This document shows, piece after piece, positions 8,155-16,987 of a stretch of 56,591 nt of DNA. Position numbers and translations under genes: made by a program. Each line of letters begins with the position of its first letter. The first letter of the stretch is position 1. The notes under the pieces are model-generated. The model saw only the letters and a program-made list of their open reading frames with translations. It searched no databases and was not told the DNA's origin. The stretch is from Bacteroidia bacterium (GTDB lineage Bacteria; Bacteroidota; Bacteroidia; Bacteroidales; F082), in NCBI GenBank assembly GCA_030537295.1, contig JAUNNU010000002.1, positions 1 to 56,591 of the forward strand, given 5' to 3'.

Positions 8155-8195
8155 AAAAAAGTTAAGTGATTGTGTTTTAATCGCTTAACTTTTTT
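8155..8195. terminator. Bidirectional intrinsic-terminator-like hairpin at the element / chromosome junction
   Basis: 13-bp stem aagttaagtgatt / aatcgcttaactt (one G-U pair), flanked by an A-run and a T-run. Confidence 0.55.
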
Positions 8196-8456
8196 CTTTT
8201 ATACAAATAGCAAATTGTTGGCAAAAGATTTTCACACAAATTTCTTCTCAAAACTAAAAAATTTTTCAAAATTGCATTCCAATTCCACGCCAAAATTATG
8301 CCAAATCGACGTGATTTTCTGAAAAGTTCAGCGTAAAAAAAACGTGGAATGTTGAAAAAAGTCCCGATATAAATGCGTTTTCGCTGAACAAAATTGCCAA
8401 AAGAGACAGACGTGTAATATTTTTGAAGTTCTTGTTTCCCTTTTTGAAATAATTCG

Positions 8457-8464
8457 TATTTTTG
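8457..8464 (+). promoter_or_regulatory. -7 box TATTTTTG upstream of the GGGPS gene
   Basis: cgtatttttgccatc, 25 nt before the ATG at 8489. Confidence 0.5.
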
Positions 8465-8488
8465 CCATCTTAAAATCATTTTTGAAAA

Positions 8489-9223
8489 ATGGCTATTTAC
8501 GAGAGATTTCAAGATAAGACACGGAAGAAGTTGGCGGTTCTGATTGACCCCGACAAGCCGACTGACGCACAGGTCCTGTCGATTGTGGCGAAGGCCAACG
8601 CCGCCGACGTGGATTTCTTTTTCGTCGGGGGCAGCCTGCTCACCACCGACAGTCTTGAACACTGCATCAAGCTGATAAAGGCGAACTCCGACATCCCGGT
8701 GCTTATTTTCCCAGGCAACTCATTGCAAATCAGTAAGTATTGCGACGGATTCCTGCTTCTTTCGCTTATCTCTGGAAGAAATGCGGAGATGCTCATCGGG
8801 CGTCATGTCGTGGCGGCTCCTTATCTCAAACTGTTTGGCAATGAAATCATTCCGACAGGATACATGCTCATCGACAGCGGCCGCATGACATCAGTCTCTT
8901 ATATGAGTGACACCACGCCGATACCGCACGACAAAGATGACATCGCGATGTGCACGGCAATGGCGGGCGAGATGCTCGGACTGAAACTCATCTACCTCGA
9001 GGGCGGCTCCGGTGCGACAAACCCGGTCTCCAACTCCATGATTTCCAAAGTGAAACAGATGATTAACGTTCCGCTCATCGTGGGCGGCGGCATCAGCACC
9101 CCGGAGATGGCGGCGGAAAAAGCAAAGGCCGGCGCCGACATCATCTGCATAGGAACGAAATTCGAACAGAACCCGGAAATGCTCCAGCGTTTCGCCGACA
9201 TGATCCATTCTGTTAAACAATGA
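8489..9223 (+). CDS. pcrB: Geranylgeranylglyceryl / heptaprenylglyceryl phosphate synthase family protein (PcrB / GGGPS)
   Basis: 244 aa. LAVLIDPDK, FFFVGGS, LLLSLISGRN, IYLEGGSGA and PLIVGGGI are typical of the TIM-barrel GGGPS / PcrB family. Confidence 0.85.
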   Translation: MAIYERFQDKTRKKLAVLIDPDKPTDAQVLSIVAKANAADVDFFFVGGSLLTTDSLEHCIKLIKANSDIPVLIFPGNSLQISKYCDGFLLLSLISGRNAEMLIGRHVVAAPYLKLFGNEIIPTGYMLIDSGRMTSVSYMSDTTPIPHDKDDIAMCTAMAGEMLGLKLIYLEGGSGATNPVSNSMISKVKQMINVPLIVGGGISTPEMAAEKAKAGADIICIGTKFEQNPEMLQRFADMIHSVKQ

Positions 9224-9265
9224 TTAATCACCTAACAACCTCAAACACCTAATCACCTGAATAAC
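9224..9265. repeat. CCTNAA-type word repeat directly after the pcrB stop
   Basis: ttaatcacctaacaacctcaaacacctaatcacctgaataac. Confidence 0.65.
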
Positions 9266-9280
9266 TAAAAATTCCATACA

Positions 9281-11422
9281 ATGAAAAAACTCATTTTGAC
9301 AGCATTCGCGATGATGTTCGTTTTCACATCATTCGCACAGGAGAAGAAGATGCTCACTCCGGAAAACGCATCTTACAACAACCGCAGCCTTTACCCGAAG
9401 AGCAAGAGCTACAAATGGATGGCCGGCACCGACAAATTCGTCTTCACGGAAGACGGCGTCCTCATGGTGCAGTCGCCGGGGGCGAAGTCGGCGAACACGT
9501 TGCTCAACCTCGACCAGGTCAACATCATGGCGAAAAACAGCGGATACGTGGAGTTCAAGCGCGTGCCTAACATCACCTGGACCAACGAGAACGTCGGTTA
9601 TTTCTACAAATCTGAAGAAGACGGAAGCGTCAGCCTCAATTCGTTGAGTCTCAGCGCGAAGTCGATGAAGAAGATCACCACGGTCCCGGCGGATGCAGAG
9701 AACCACACCATCACCGAGGCCACGATGCGCGTCGCCTATACCATCGGCAACGACCTCTACGTCGCCGACGGCACGAAGCAGCTCCGTCTCACCAACAACC
9801 CCGAACACGTCATCGCCGGACAGTCGGTGCACCGCAACGAGTTCGCCATCGACGGCGGAATCTTCTGGTCGCCCGACGGCAGCAAGATCGCATATTACCT
9901 GATGGACGAAAGCATGGTGACAGACTATCCGCTCGTTGACATCACGGCACGCGTCGCGACAGCCACACCTATTAAATATCCTATGGCCGGAATGACTTCG
10001 CACATCGTGAAACTCCATGTCTATGACTTCAACACAGGCAAGGACATCGTGATGAAGACAGGCGAGCCGGAAGACCATTATCTCACCGCGATCACCTGGA
10101 ACAACGACAACCAGCATGTATATATCGGTGAACTGAACCGCGGACAGAACTCCTTGGATTTCAACGAGTACGATGCCTTGACGGGCAAGTTCACCAAGAC
10201 GATTTTCCACGATGAAGACGAACAATACGTCGAGCCGGTCGGCCCGGCGCATTTCCTTCCGGGAAGCACAACCGAGTTCGTGTGGCTCGCACAACGCGAC
10301 GGATATTATCACATCTGGCTTCATAACACAAAGACACTCAATGCGAAACAAATTGAAAAAGGCGATTACGTCGTCACTTCATTCGACGGCTTCGACGGCA
10401 ACGGCAACGCTTATTACACATCGACGGAAGTCAGCCCGTTGCAGCGTCATTTCTACAAGGTGAACCTGAAGAACGGAAAGAAGACACAAATCACGAAGGT
10501 TCACGGGACGCACTCGGTTCTCCCGAGCAAGAGCGGCAACTTCTATCTCGATTTCTATTCAAGCACCGACGTGGCGAGAGCCGTTGACCTTCATTATGTC
10601 AAAGGCGATTTCACCGAAAACCTCTACACCGCCGCCGACCCGCTCAAGGAATGCAACATCGGGACTGTTGAACTCGGCGAGCTGAAAGCCGAAGACGGAC
10701 AGACGCTTTACACACGTCTCATCAAGCCTTACAACTTCGATCCTAACAAGAAATACCCCGTCATCATCTACGTCTATGGCGGCCCTCACGCACAGATGAT
10801 CACCGACGAGTGGACTGCCGGAGCGGGCATCTACCTGCATTACCTCTCGCAGGAGGGCTTCATCGTCTTCACCTTGGATAACAGAGGTTCGGCCGACCGC
10901 GGCGAGGCCTTCGAGCAAGTCATCCATCGTCAATGCGGACAGTGCGAGATGCGCGACCAGATGGTCGGCGTGAAATATCTCAAGTCGCTTCCTTTCGTCG
11001 ATGCGGAACGTATAGGGACAGACGGTTGGAGCTACGGCGGTTTCATGTCAACATCATTGAAAATCAATTATCCTGAATCAATAAAGGTCAGTGTGGCTGG
11101 CGGCCCGGTCATCGACTGGAAATATTATGAAATCATGTACGGCGAACGTTACATGGACACGCCGGAGGAAAATCCTGAAGGCTATGAACTGACTTGTCTC
11201 GAAAACAAGACCGACAAGCTCCAGGGCAAGCTCCTCATCATCCATTGCACCACAGACCCAACAGTGGTGTGGCAGCACAGCCTCAGTTTCGTCGAAAACT
11301 GCATCCACAACGGCAAGCAGCTCGACTATTTCGTGTATCCTGGCCACGACCACAACGTCTATGGCATGGACAGAGCGCATCTCATCACGAAGATCACTGA
11401 ATATTTCAAGGCTAACCTTTAA
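9281..11422 (+). CDS. Dipeptidyl-peptidase IV (S9B prolyl oligopeptidase family), secreted
   Basis: 713 aa with a signal peptide, a DPPIV-type beta-propeller N-terminal half and C-terminal GWSYGGF nucleophile elbow. Confidence 0.9.
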   Translation: MKKLILTAFAMMFVFTSFAQEKKMLTPENASYNNRSLYPKSKSYKWMAGTDKFVFTEDGVLMVQSPGAKSANTLLNLDQVNIMAKNSGYVEFKRVPNITWTNENVGYFYKSEEDGSVSLNSLSLSAKSMKKITTVPADAENHTITEATMRVAYTIGNDLYVADGTKQLRLTNNPEHVIAGQSVHRNEFAIDGGIFWSPDGSKIAYYLMDESMVTDYPLVDITARVATATPIKYPMAGMTSHIVKLHVYDFNTGKDIVMKTGEPEDHYLTAITWNNDNQHVYIGELNRGQNSLDFNEYDALTGKFTKTIFHDEDEQYVEPVGPAHFLPGSTTEFVWLAQRDGYYHIWLHNTKTLNAKQIEKGDYVVTSFDGFDGNGNAYYTSTEVSPLQRHFYKVNLKNGKKTQITKVHGTHSVLPSKSGNFYLDFYSSTDVARAVDLHYVKGDFTENLYTAADPLKECNIGTVELGELKAEDGQTLYTRLIKPYNFDPNKKYPVIIYVYGGPHAQMITDEWTAGAGIYLHYLSQEGFIVFTLDNRGSADRGEAFEQVIHRQCGQCEMRDQMVGVKYLKSLPFVDAERIGTDGWSYGGFMSTSLKINYPESIKVSVAGGPVIDWKYYEIMYGERYMDTPEENPEGYELTCLENKTDKLQGKLLIIHCTTDPTVVWQHSLSFVENCIHNGKQLDYFVYPGHDHNVYGMDRAHLITKITEYFKANL

Positions 11423-11445
11423 AGTCTAAAGTTTATAAAGTTTTT

Positions 11446-11507
11446 AAAGTTCAAAGTGGCTGGCGCACGAGGAAGAAAACCCTTGTGCGCCAGTCACTTT
11501 CTACTTT
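11446..11507. terminator. Long imperfect hairpin built from AAAGT-type words (after DPP-IV)
   Basis: The arms are aaagttcaaagtggctggcgcacgagg and ccttgtgcgccagtcactttctacttt. About 23 of 27 positions pair. Confidence 0.5.
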
Positions 11508-11611
11508 ATGAACTTTCACCGCAAATTACACAAATCTAACGAATTACACGAATTTAATCTCTAATATGATGAAAGTTACGCTCGAAAACAGAAAGAGAAG
11601 CTGACAAAAAC

Positions 11612-11652
11612 AAAATAAAAAACGCTATCACCTTAATTATCAAGTGATAGCG
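11612..11652 (-). terminator. Hairpin plus T-run downstream of tRNA-Ala
   Basis: Stem cgctatcac / gtgatagcg (9 bp), followed on the minus strand by a T-run. Confidence 0.5.
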
Positions 11653-11662
11653 TCTTCATCCG

Positions 11663-11735
11663 TGGAGCATAGGAGAATCGAACTCCTGACCTTTTGAATG
11701 CCATTCAAACGCTCTACCAACTGAGCTAATACCCC
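11663..11735 (-). tRNA. tRNA-Ala (anticodon GGC)
   Basis: Manual cloverleaf of 73 nt: acceptor GGGGTAT/ATGCTCC with a G3-U70 pair, D-arm GCTC-AGTTGGTA-GAGC, anticodon loop ATGGCAT, T-arm AGGAG-TTCGATT-CTCCT. Confidence 0.9.
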
Positions 11736-11843
11736 GTTTGAAATTCGCTGCAAAAATACACATTATTTCAATATGCGCAACATTTTTTTCCGTGTGGAAT
11801 AAAAATTTTTTCAATCATTCTTCCTTCTTCTGTTTCTCCTCTC

Positions 11844-13412
11844 TTATCTTTTCTTCCTGCGGTTAGGTGTCTCGGTTGTTTCCTCCGTGTTTTTCAATGG
11901 TTTGCGGAAGATGTCGAACCGGTCTTTCGGCCTGATTTCCTCCTGCCAGTCGAAGCCTTTAAGCAGTTCCTTGCCCGGAGTCATCTTCTCTTTCGGATAA
12001 AGCGTCTCCGTTGTCTTCTTGAAATATTTAATTCTTGAAATCTTGCGGTCTTCGATCTTGATGTCCATCGATGAACTTTGTGAGAAGTTGATTCCGACGA
12101 GCGTGCCGTCTTCCTCGCGGATCCAGTAGGCTGTCTCGGCGTTGCCTTCGTTATATACGTGGTCGATGTCATCGTCCTTGAAGTAAGCCGTTATCACTTT
12201 CCCTTTGATTTGGTTGTAGCCTTCGATGGTATCTTGTTGAATAATAAAGCCATTCGGATAGAGAAGCACGCTGTCGATGGTCTCGTTGGCCACGACGATA
12301 TTGATGGAGTCGCCTTGAAGCTGGCTTTTTTCGGCCCAGATGACCGGTGTTCCGCGCATCCTCGCTGTCGAGTCGTTGACGGTGAAGCATAGCGAGTCGC
12401 ATTTGCCTTGCAAGTCGTTGCGGAAGAAACGCACGTTGTAATACGCCAGGGCGTGTGTCAGTTTCTCGGTGACGGTGTCCATATAGACGTAAAGCGTGTC
12501 GGAATGCAGGAAGAGCGTGTCGTCTTCGCCGTAGTACATGGCGCGGACGCTGTCGGTGACGAATCCCTTGCCGAGCTTTTTCCACATCTCCGCATAGTCG
12601 CCGAAAACCGTGGCTTTGTTGACGGTGTCGGTCATCACAACGTTGTCAATCGCCTTGGCATGGTCTTTTGCCTTATCGTAAAACATTGACGTCGAAGTGA
12701 TTGAATGCTCCTTGCTTGTTATTTTTGCGTTTCTGTCGAGATACACCACATCGTTGATGCCGTCGTACCAGCCGTGGTTCCCGTCGAGGACGTAGTCGTC
12801 GCTGATGATTTTCGTCGGGCCGAAGAACGTCATCTTCTCCTTCTGGATTTCGTAAACCAAGGAGTCGGTGAACATCTGGTATTTAGGTGTGGTGACGATG
12901 ACGTCGTTTCGGAAGAAAGCCATTTCCGTGTCATCATGGTAATAGCCTTTCTCGCTGACAAGGTGCTTGTCGTTGCGGTCGATTGTGCCGTGATGCGGGT
13001 ATGTGGCGAGATGCTTTTCGCGGTCGTATGTCATGTAATTGGTTTTCAAGACGGTGGAGTCGTCTTTCAGGATGACGTTCCTGAAAAGTTCGGCCAATTT
13101 CGTCTCGCCGAGATATTTGCAGCTGTCGCAGAAGATGTCGGTGCTGTCGTTCACCTTGATGTGGACGTGGCTGTATCCGTTGAAAAGCTGTGACTTGTCG
13201 TTGAAATACGCGCTGTCGCTGTAGAAATAGGTGGAGTCGTGGCGCATCACCACGTTGCCGATGAGCCTGTCGGCGTCGCTGTTGATATTGGTGTCGTATT
13301 CGCTACGGTCGGCGTGAATTATGTGTATGCGCGCCTTGCTTTTCTGCTGCGCGTTGACATTCAGGCAGAAAAGGCAGATGACAGTGCTGATTATTATTCT
13401 GAAATTTTTCAT
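11844..13412 (-). CDS. OstA-like (LptA / LptD N-terminal-like) repeat protein, secreted
   Basis: 522 aa with a signal peptide. It has repeated beta-jellyroll-like segments of the OstA type (ADRLIGNVVMRHDSTYFYSDSAYF...) and a basic C-terminal tail. Confidence 0.65.
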   Translation of the reverse strand: MKNFRIIISTVICLFCLNVNAQQKSKARIHIIHADRSEYDTNINSDADRLIGNVVMRHDSTYFYSDSAYFNDKSQLFNGYSHVHIKVNDSTDIFCDSCKYLGETKLAELFRNVILKDDSTVLKTNYMTYDREKHLATYPHHGTIDRNDKHLVSEKGYYHDDTEMAFFRNDVIVTTPKYQMFTDSLVYEIQKEKMTFFGPTKIISDDYVLDGNHGWYDGINDVVYLDRNAKITSKEHSITSTSMFYDKAKDHAKAIDNVVMTDTVNKATVFGDYAEMWKKLGKGFVTDSVRAMYYGEDDTLFLHSDTLYVYMDTVTEKLTHALAYYNVRFFRNDLQGKCDSLCFTVNDSTARMRGTPVIWAEKSQLQGDSINIVVANETIDSVLLYPNGFIIQQDTIEGYNQIKGKVITAYFKDDDIDHVYNEGNAETAYWIREEDGTLVGINFSQSSSMDIKIEDRKISRIKYFKKTTETLYPKEKMTPGKELLKGFDWQEEIRPKDRFDIFRKPLKNTEETTETPNRRKKR

Positions 13413-13469
13413 TCTGCAAAAATACGGATTTTAGTTTAACATGAATGATATTTGTTTTTGATTTTTAAA

Positions 13470-13706
13470 TTATGCTGTCCGATAAACACTGAAAACGTGT
13501 AAAAAATATAACCCATTGATTTTCAGCAAAGTCATGTGCGCCGGTACAAAAACAAGCCAGCTCAACGAGCCGAACCTCATGACTACGGCATACAGCATCA
13601 CCGCAAAATGAACCCATATATCGAAGCGTTTTGTGTAACGCTGACTTCCCAAATAGAAATCAGCCTTTCTTTTTTTTGCCTTCAAAAAACTTTCATCGGA
13701 CAGCAA
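13470..13706 (-). pseudogene. Possible N-terminal remnant of a DUF4372 / IS4-family transposase
   Basis: KRFDIWVHFAVMLYAVVMRFGSLS resembles the conserved N-terminal segment of that family. No transposase body follows. Confidence 0.3.
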
Positions 13707-13912
13707 TAACTATTTTTAGAGTACGGAAGTAACCAACTGTCTAATTCCCAATAGTAGCATCCTTCAAAATCGAATTGTAGCACACAGATGTTTCGTGGAA
13801 AAGTTGTATCTTTGCACCCTAAATCTAATTTAAGACCTGCGAAGGTATTACGTTGTGCCAATCAGGTAGTTGAAATGTTGTTTAAAGTATTTATACTTGG
13901 AGATAAAATAAT

Positions 13913-14110
13913 ATGGCAATGAATAAGACGAACCGTCTTGCATGGATAGTGAATGCCATCTACAAGGCGAAAAGAATAACCTTTGAGGAACTTGCCAGCA
14001 AATGGAAGGTCAGTGCAGAACATCCGTCCTACCTTCGATTTCCAGCAGGAAATACTTTGGAATGGACGTGTAAATGCTCAAACCAGAATGGCTTCGCAAA
14101 GAGATTGTAG
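13913..14110 (+). pseudogene. Frame-disrupted remnant of a Bacteroidales hypothetical DNA-binding protein
   Basis: The N-terminus NRLAWIVNAIYKAKRITFEELASKW looks like a conserved family start and then degenerates. A TATCTTTG box lies at 13807-13814. Confidence 0.3.
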
Positions 14111-14150
14111 GTAAGATTAAAAGAATGTGGAACAAATATAGTGATAAAAA

Positions 14151-14231
14151 ATGAAAGACTTTGCCGCTATAGATTTTGAAACAGCCAACTGTGAGCGTAG
14201 CAGTGTGTGTTCCGTTGGCGTGGTGATTTAG
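14151..14231 (+). pseudogene. 26-aa N-terminal stub of a DEDD (DnaQ-like) 3'-5' exonuclease
   Basis: Translates as MKDFAAIDFETANCERSSVCSVGVVI then a stop. It carries the ExoI motif DFET only. Confidence 0.35.
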
Positions 14232-14475
14232 GGGACTCCTAATTAAGACCAATTGATTAACAGTAATATAAAACGTTAAAATGCGCAATTTTAGTCATTT
14301 TATCGCCAGTTTTGTTAAGAAAAATTCAATTTGGTGGAGTACGTAATTCCGAGGGCATTTTCGCCGCCATAAGATTACTCAATCCCGATGCTTAATGTTA
14401 AAAATGTTTTTAATGTAAATCTTTGATAATCAAATAATTATTTGTATCTCTGCGGAAAATTTGAAAGGCGTCAAA

Positions 14476-14697
14476 ATGAAAAAGCAAACCTACAAACAGA
14501 CCGGGAACTGCGGATTATTTGATTTGGAAGAAAACACCGCAAAATTGGACTCGTTCGGCAATCCTTTGGATAAATTGTCGAAAGTGATTGTTCAGCCGCG
14601 CGGTCGGCCTTGCGCGAAATGCCGCCAGAAACATCCTGACAAGCCTGGTCTGCAACATGATGCGCTATGGGCAAATTCGGAGAGTTGGACGAATTGA
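14476..14697 (+). pseudogene. N-terminal remnant of an IS5 / IS1182-like transposase
   Basis: QTGNCGLFDLEENTAKLDSFGNPLDKLSKVI resembles the InsH-type N-terminus. The remainder is out of context. Confidence 0.35.
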
Positions 14698-14786
14698 TTA
14701 TATAAATTACTGATTATCAATAAATTACCCCCCCAATAAATTCATAAAAAATATCGCTGAACTGTTAAAAATGAGAAAATAATATG

Positions 14787-14794
14787 TAACTTTG
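14787..14794 (+). promoter_or_regulatory. -7 box TAACTTTG upstream of the Ntn-hydrolase gene
   Basis: atgtaactttgcagcg. It leaves a leader of about 100 nt containing a ggacttc...gaagtcc stem. Confidence 0.4.
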
Positions 14795-14901
14795 CAGCGT
14801 CGTTTCCTTTTGGAAATTTGTTTAACGGACTTCGCAAAATTCAGAGGGGGCGGCGTGAAATAGGTAAAAATAGAAGTCCCCATTAAAACCCACTAAATAA
14901 A

Positions 14902-16245
14902 ATGAAAAAATCAATCTTCGCCATCATGGCCATCGCAACCATCGCAATGATGGGTTGCAAAAAAACAGAAATTGAATTGCCGGATGCGAATCAATTAGTC
15001 ATTACTCCTTTGCGCCCTGCGGGAAAACCAATTCCTAATCCGAATTACAATGTAGATCAATGTAAACCCATCGAAGGTGTTCAAGAAACATTGGAGTCAC
15101 TTCGTTATGTGGAGGGCGTAGTACCATTCTACTATCTGGATTATACGGCTAAAGTGGATTGGAAAGGACTTCTTTTCCCTGCCGGTTCTGATTTAGATGC
15201 TTATGGTATTGCTAAAGTTTGCGATAAGCGAGATGAACTGCTTTATATCAATCCTACTCCTAATAAAATGTCCGATAATAGGGAAAGTGGTGCGTGCTCC
15301 GGTTTTATCACGTTCAATCCTTCCGGAGACTTACTGTTCTGCCGTAACTACGACAATCACTTAGATCCTCTCGCTGTGGTCTTTAACAAAAACGTCAACG
15401 CCGGAGAGCATAAAAGCGTGATAATGACAGATATCGCTTTGTCGCAATCGTTCGACTATTCGGAGGAACAATTTACAAAAGACAATTGCTTCTTGCAAGA
15501 GGGTGTCAATCTAAATGCGGCACTCCGTCTTCCCACTTTCGGAATAGATGGCATGAACGATGCTGGTTTATGCATCGCTACCTATCAATTGCCGACTTTT
15601 AAAGATGAAAAGAACCCTCAACCCGAGGTTGGCGAAAATAAGACGGAACGTCCTTGCCCAATCAAACAGAATACAGGAAAGGAACAAATTCATTACTACG
15701 GTCTGCTTTGCCTTATTTTAACTCAATGTGCTACGGTTGATGAGGTCGTTTCTTTCCTGCAATCTTACGATTATGTTTCTATTCATATTCCATTTAATTT
15801 TCACTGGTTCGTAGCGGATGCCAACGGCAAATATGTTACTTTAGAATATTGGAGAGACGAGGAAGGAAAAGATGTTCTCCGTGTGATAGAGGATAGCGAA
15901 CGACTAAATTCTTCTTTTGTTTCCCACGAGATTATACCCTATGCTTATCGCTCTATCGAAAATTATTACACCAACATAAACGCAGCATTGACTTATACCG
16001 ATGATGCTTGGCAGAATTTCTATTCCCCCAAAGTGCGTGTAACAACGATGATGGAGCATTATTCCCTTGTGATGACAGAAGAGAATGCATTACGCTGCTT
16101 GCAATATGGTAATTTCGAAATAGAAGTTCCCGGTACTCCTACTGCTTGGTCTTGCGTGTATAATGCAAAGCAGAAAACCGTAATCTTTAATATGCGTGAC
16201 GATTTGTCAAAAGTCTATTCTATAGATCTCAAACAAGATTTATAA
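14902..16245 (+). CDS. Lipoprotein of the Ntn-hydrolase superfamily (choloylglycine hydrolase / C45 linear amide hydrolase type) with a long N-terminal pro-region
   Basis: Lipobox at AMMGC. The internal C132-x15-R-N-Y-D spacing (CSGFITFNPSGDLLFCRNYD) matches the Cys / Arg / Asp signature of this family. Confidence 0.7.
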   Translation: MKKSIFAIMAIATIAMMGCKKTEIELPDANQLVITPLRPAGKPIPNPNYNVDQCKPIEGVQETLESLRYVEGVVPFYYLDYTAKVDWKGLLFPAGSDLDAYGIAKVCDKRDELLYINPTPNKMSDNRESGACSGFITFNPSGDLLFCRNYDNHLDPLAVVFNKNVNAGEHKSVIMTDIALSQSFDYSEEQFTKDNCFLQEGVNLNAALRLPTFGIDGMNDAGLCIATYQLPTFKDEKNPQPEVGENKTERPCPIKQNTGKEQIHYYGLLCLILTQCATVDEVVSFLQSYDYVSIHIPFNFHWFVADANGKYVTLEYWRDEEGKDVLRVIEDSERLNSSFVSHEIIPYAYRSIENYYTNINAALTYTDDAWQNFYSPKVRVTTMMEHYSLVMTEENALRCLQYGNFEIEVPGTPTAWSCVYNAKQKTVIFNMRDDLSKVYSIDLKQDL

Positions 16246-16290
16246 ATCACCTGTTAAACTTGTTAAACCCGCTAAACCTGTTAAGGTGAA
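16246..16290. repeat. 9-bp periodic word repeat (NNNGTTAAA type) after the hydrolase stop
   Basis: aatcacctgttaaacttgttaaacccgctaaacctgttaaggtgaag. Confidence 0.55.
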
Positions 16291-16362
16291 GTATAGTAAA
16301 CAATGAGGAAAATATGGGGAATGATTTTTGGGGAATAATAAGTAATTGTTCAAAATAGTTTA

Positions 16363-16987
16363 CAACCTGTTGGCGGAATTAATCTAAAGCATATTTGACA
16401 TGTCCAATGGGTCTTCCCGACAGGTAATTGACACATTGTAACGTAGTGAAGGACGCAATCTTGCTGATGATTTTAGCAAACAGGCCTGTCGGTTGCTTGG
16501 CAAAGTTCCTGTCAAGCATGAACTGACCCGCAAACTGGGAGGAATCTGTCTCGATACGCTTTCTGGCCTTTGCAAAGGGAATGAAGGTGGGCTTCCAGTC
16601 TTTCTGGTTCAGCCTGTAGGGGACTTCCAAGCGGATGTTGGCCGATTCGAAAAGATCCAGCTGCATGGATGCGCTGATATAGCCTCGGTCTCCGAAGATG
16701 CTGCAGTCGTGATATTCATATTTGACATCCTTCAAATAATTGATATCGTGTACGTTTGCCTTGGTGATGTCGAAAGAGTGGATGACCCCGCTGTCTATGC
16801 TCAAAGATTCAGCAGTTAGCGACAGCGCAATCACTTCGAGGTCGGAAAACTTAGGAACGACACCTCTTCTGGGAACATTTCCATGTTCGTTGACGGGATT
16901 TTTTGAGAAATGCTTGCATATTTTAAGAATTTTTACGTACTTCGCATAAAAGAAAATTATTAACAATTTAATTCATCCAACAGGTTG
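16363..16987 (-). mobile_element. IS982-family insertion sequence with an internal deletion and intact terminal inverted repeats
   Basis: The inverted repeats are CAACCTGTTGG at 16363-16373 and CCAACAGGTTG at 16977-16987, extendable to about 20 bp. The element is about 625 bp. Confidence 0.8.
16379..16966 (-). pseudogene. IS982-family transposase lacking its central part
   Basis: PKFSDLEVIALSLTAESLSIDS is joined directly to GVIHSFDITKANVHDINYLKDV...GDRGY...RKRIET. The segment normally between these blocks is absent. Confidence 0.7.

Larger units (their letters stand above)
1..8195. mobile_element. Right arm of an integrated phage-like element (prophage or smaller integrative element). The left end lies outside the window and the right end is approximate.
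   Basis: Contains a lysis cassette, a replication module (primase-pol, PriCT-DUF3987), two excisionase-type HTH genes and a tyrosine integrase at the right edge. These are followed by phased direct repeats and a strong bidirectional hairpin at 8155-8195. Confidence 0.6.

Noticed and set aside
8177-8662. 161-aa minus-strand ORF spanning the element junction and the pcrB start
   Set aside because: It overlaps the pcrB promoter and start, has low-complexity composition and has no motif.
9329-10351. 340-aa ORF antisense to the DPP-IV gene
   Set aside because: It is Arg / Val / His-rich with no motifs, and lies fully inside a confidently identified gene on the other strand. This is a typical shadow ORF.
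14795-14901. The leader of the Ntn-hydrolase gene (ggacttc ... gaagtcc stem with a G-rich loop) as a riboswitch
   Set aside because: It has a single 7-bp stem with a large loop. I could not match it to any known riboswitch core.
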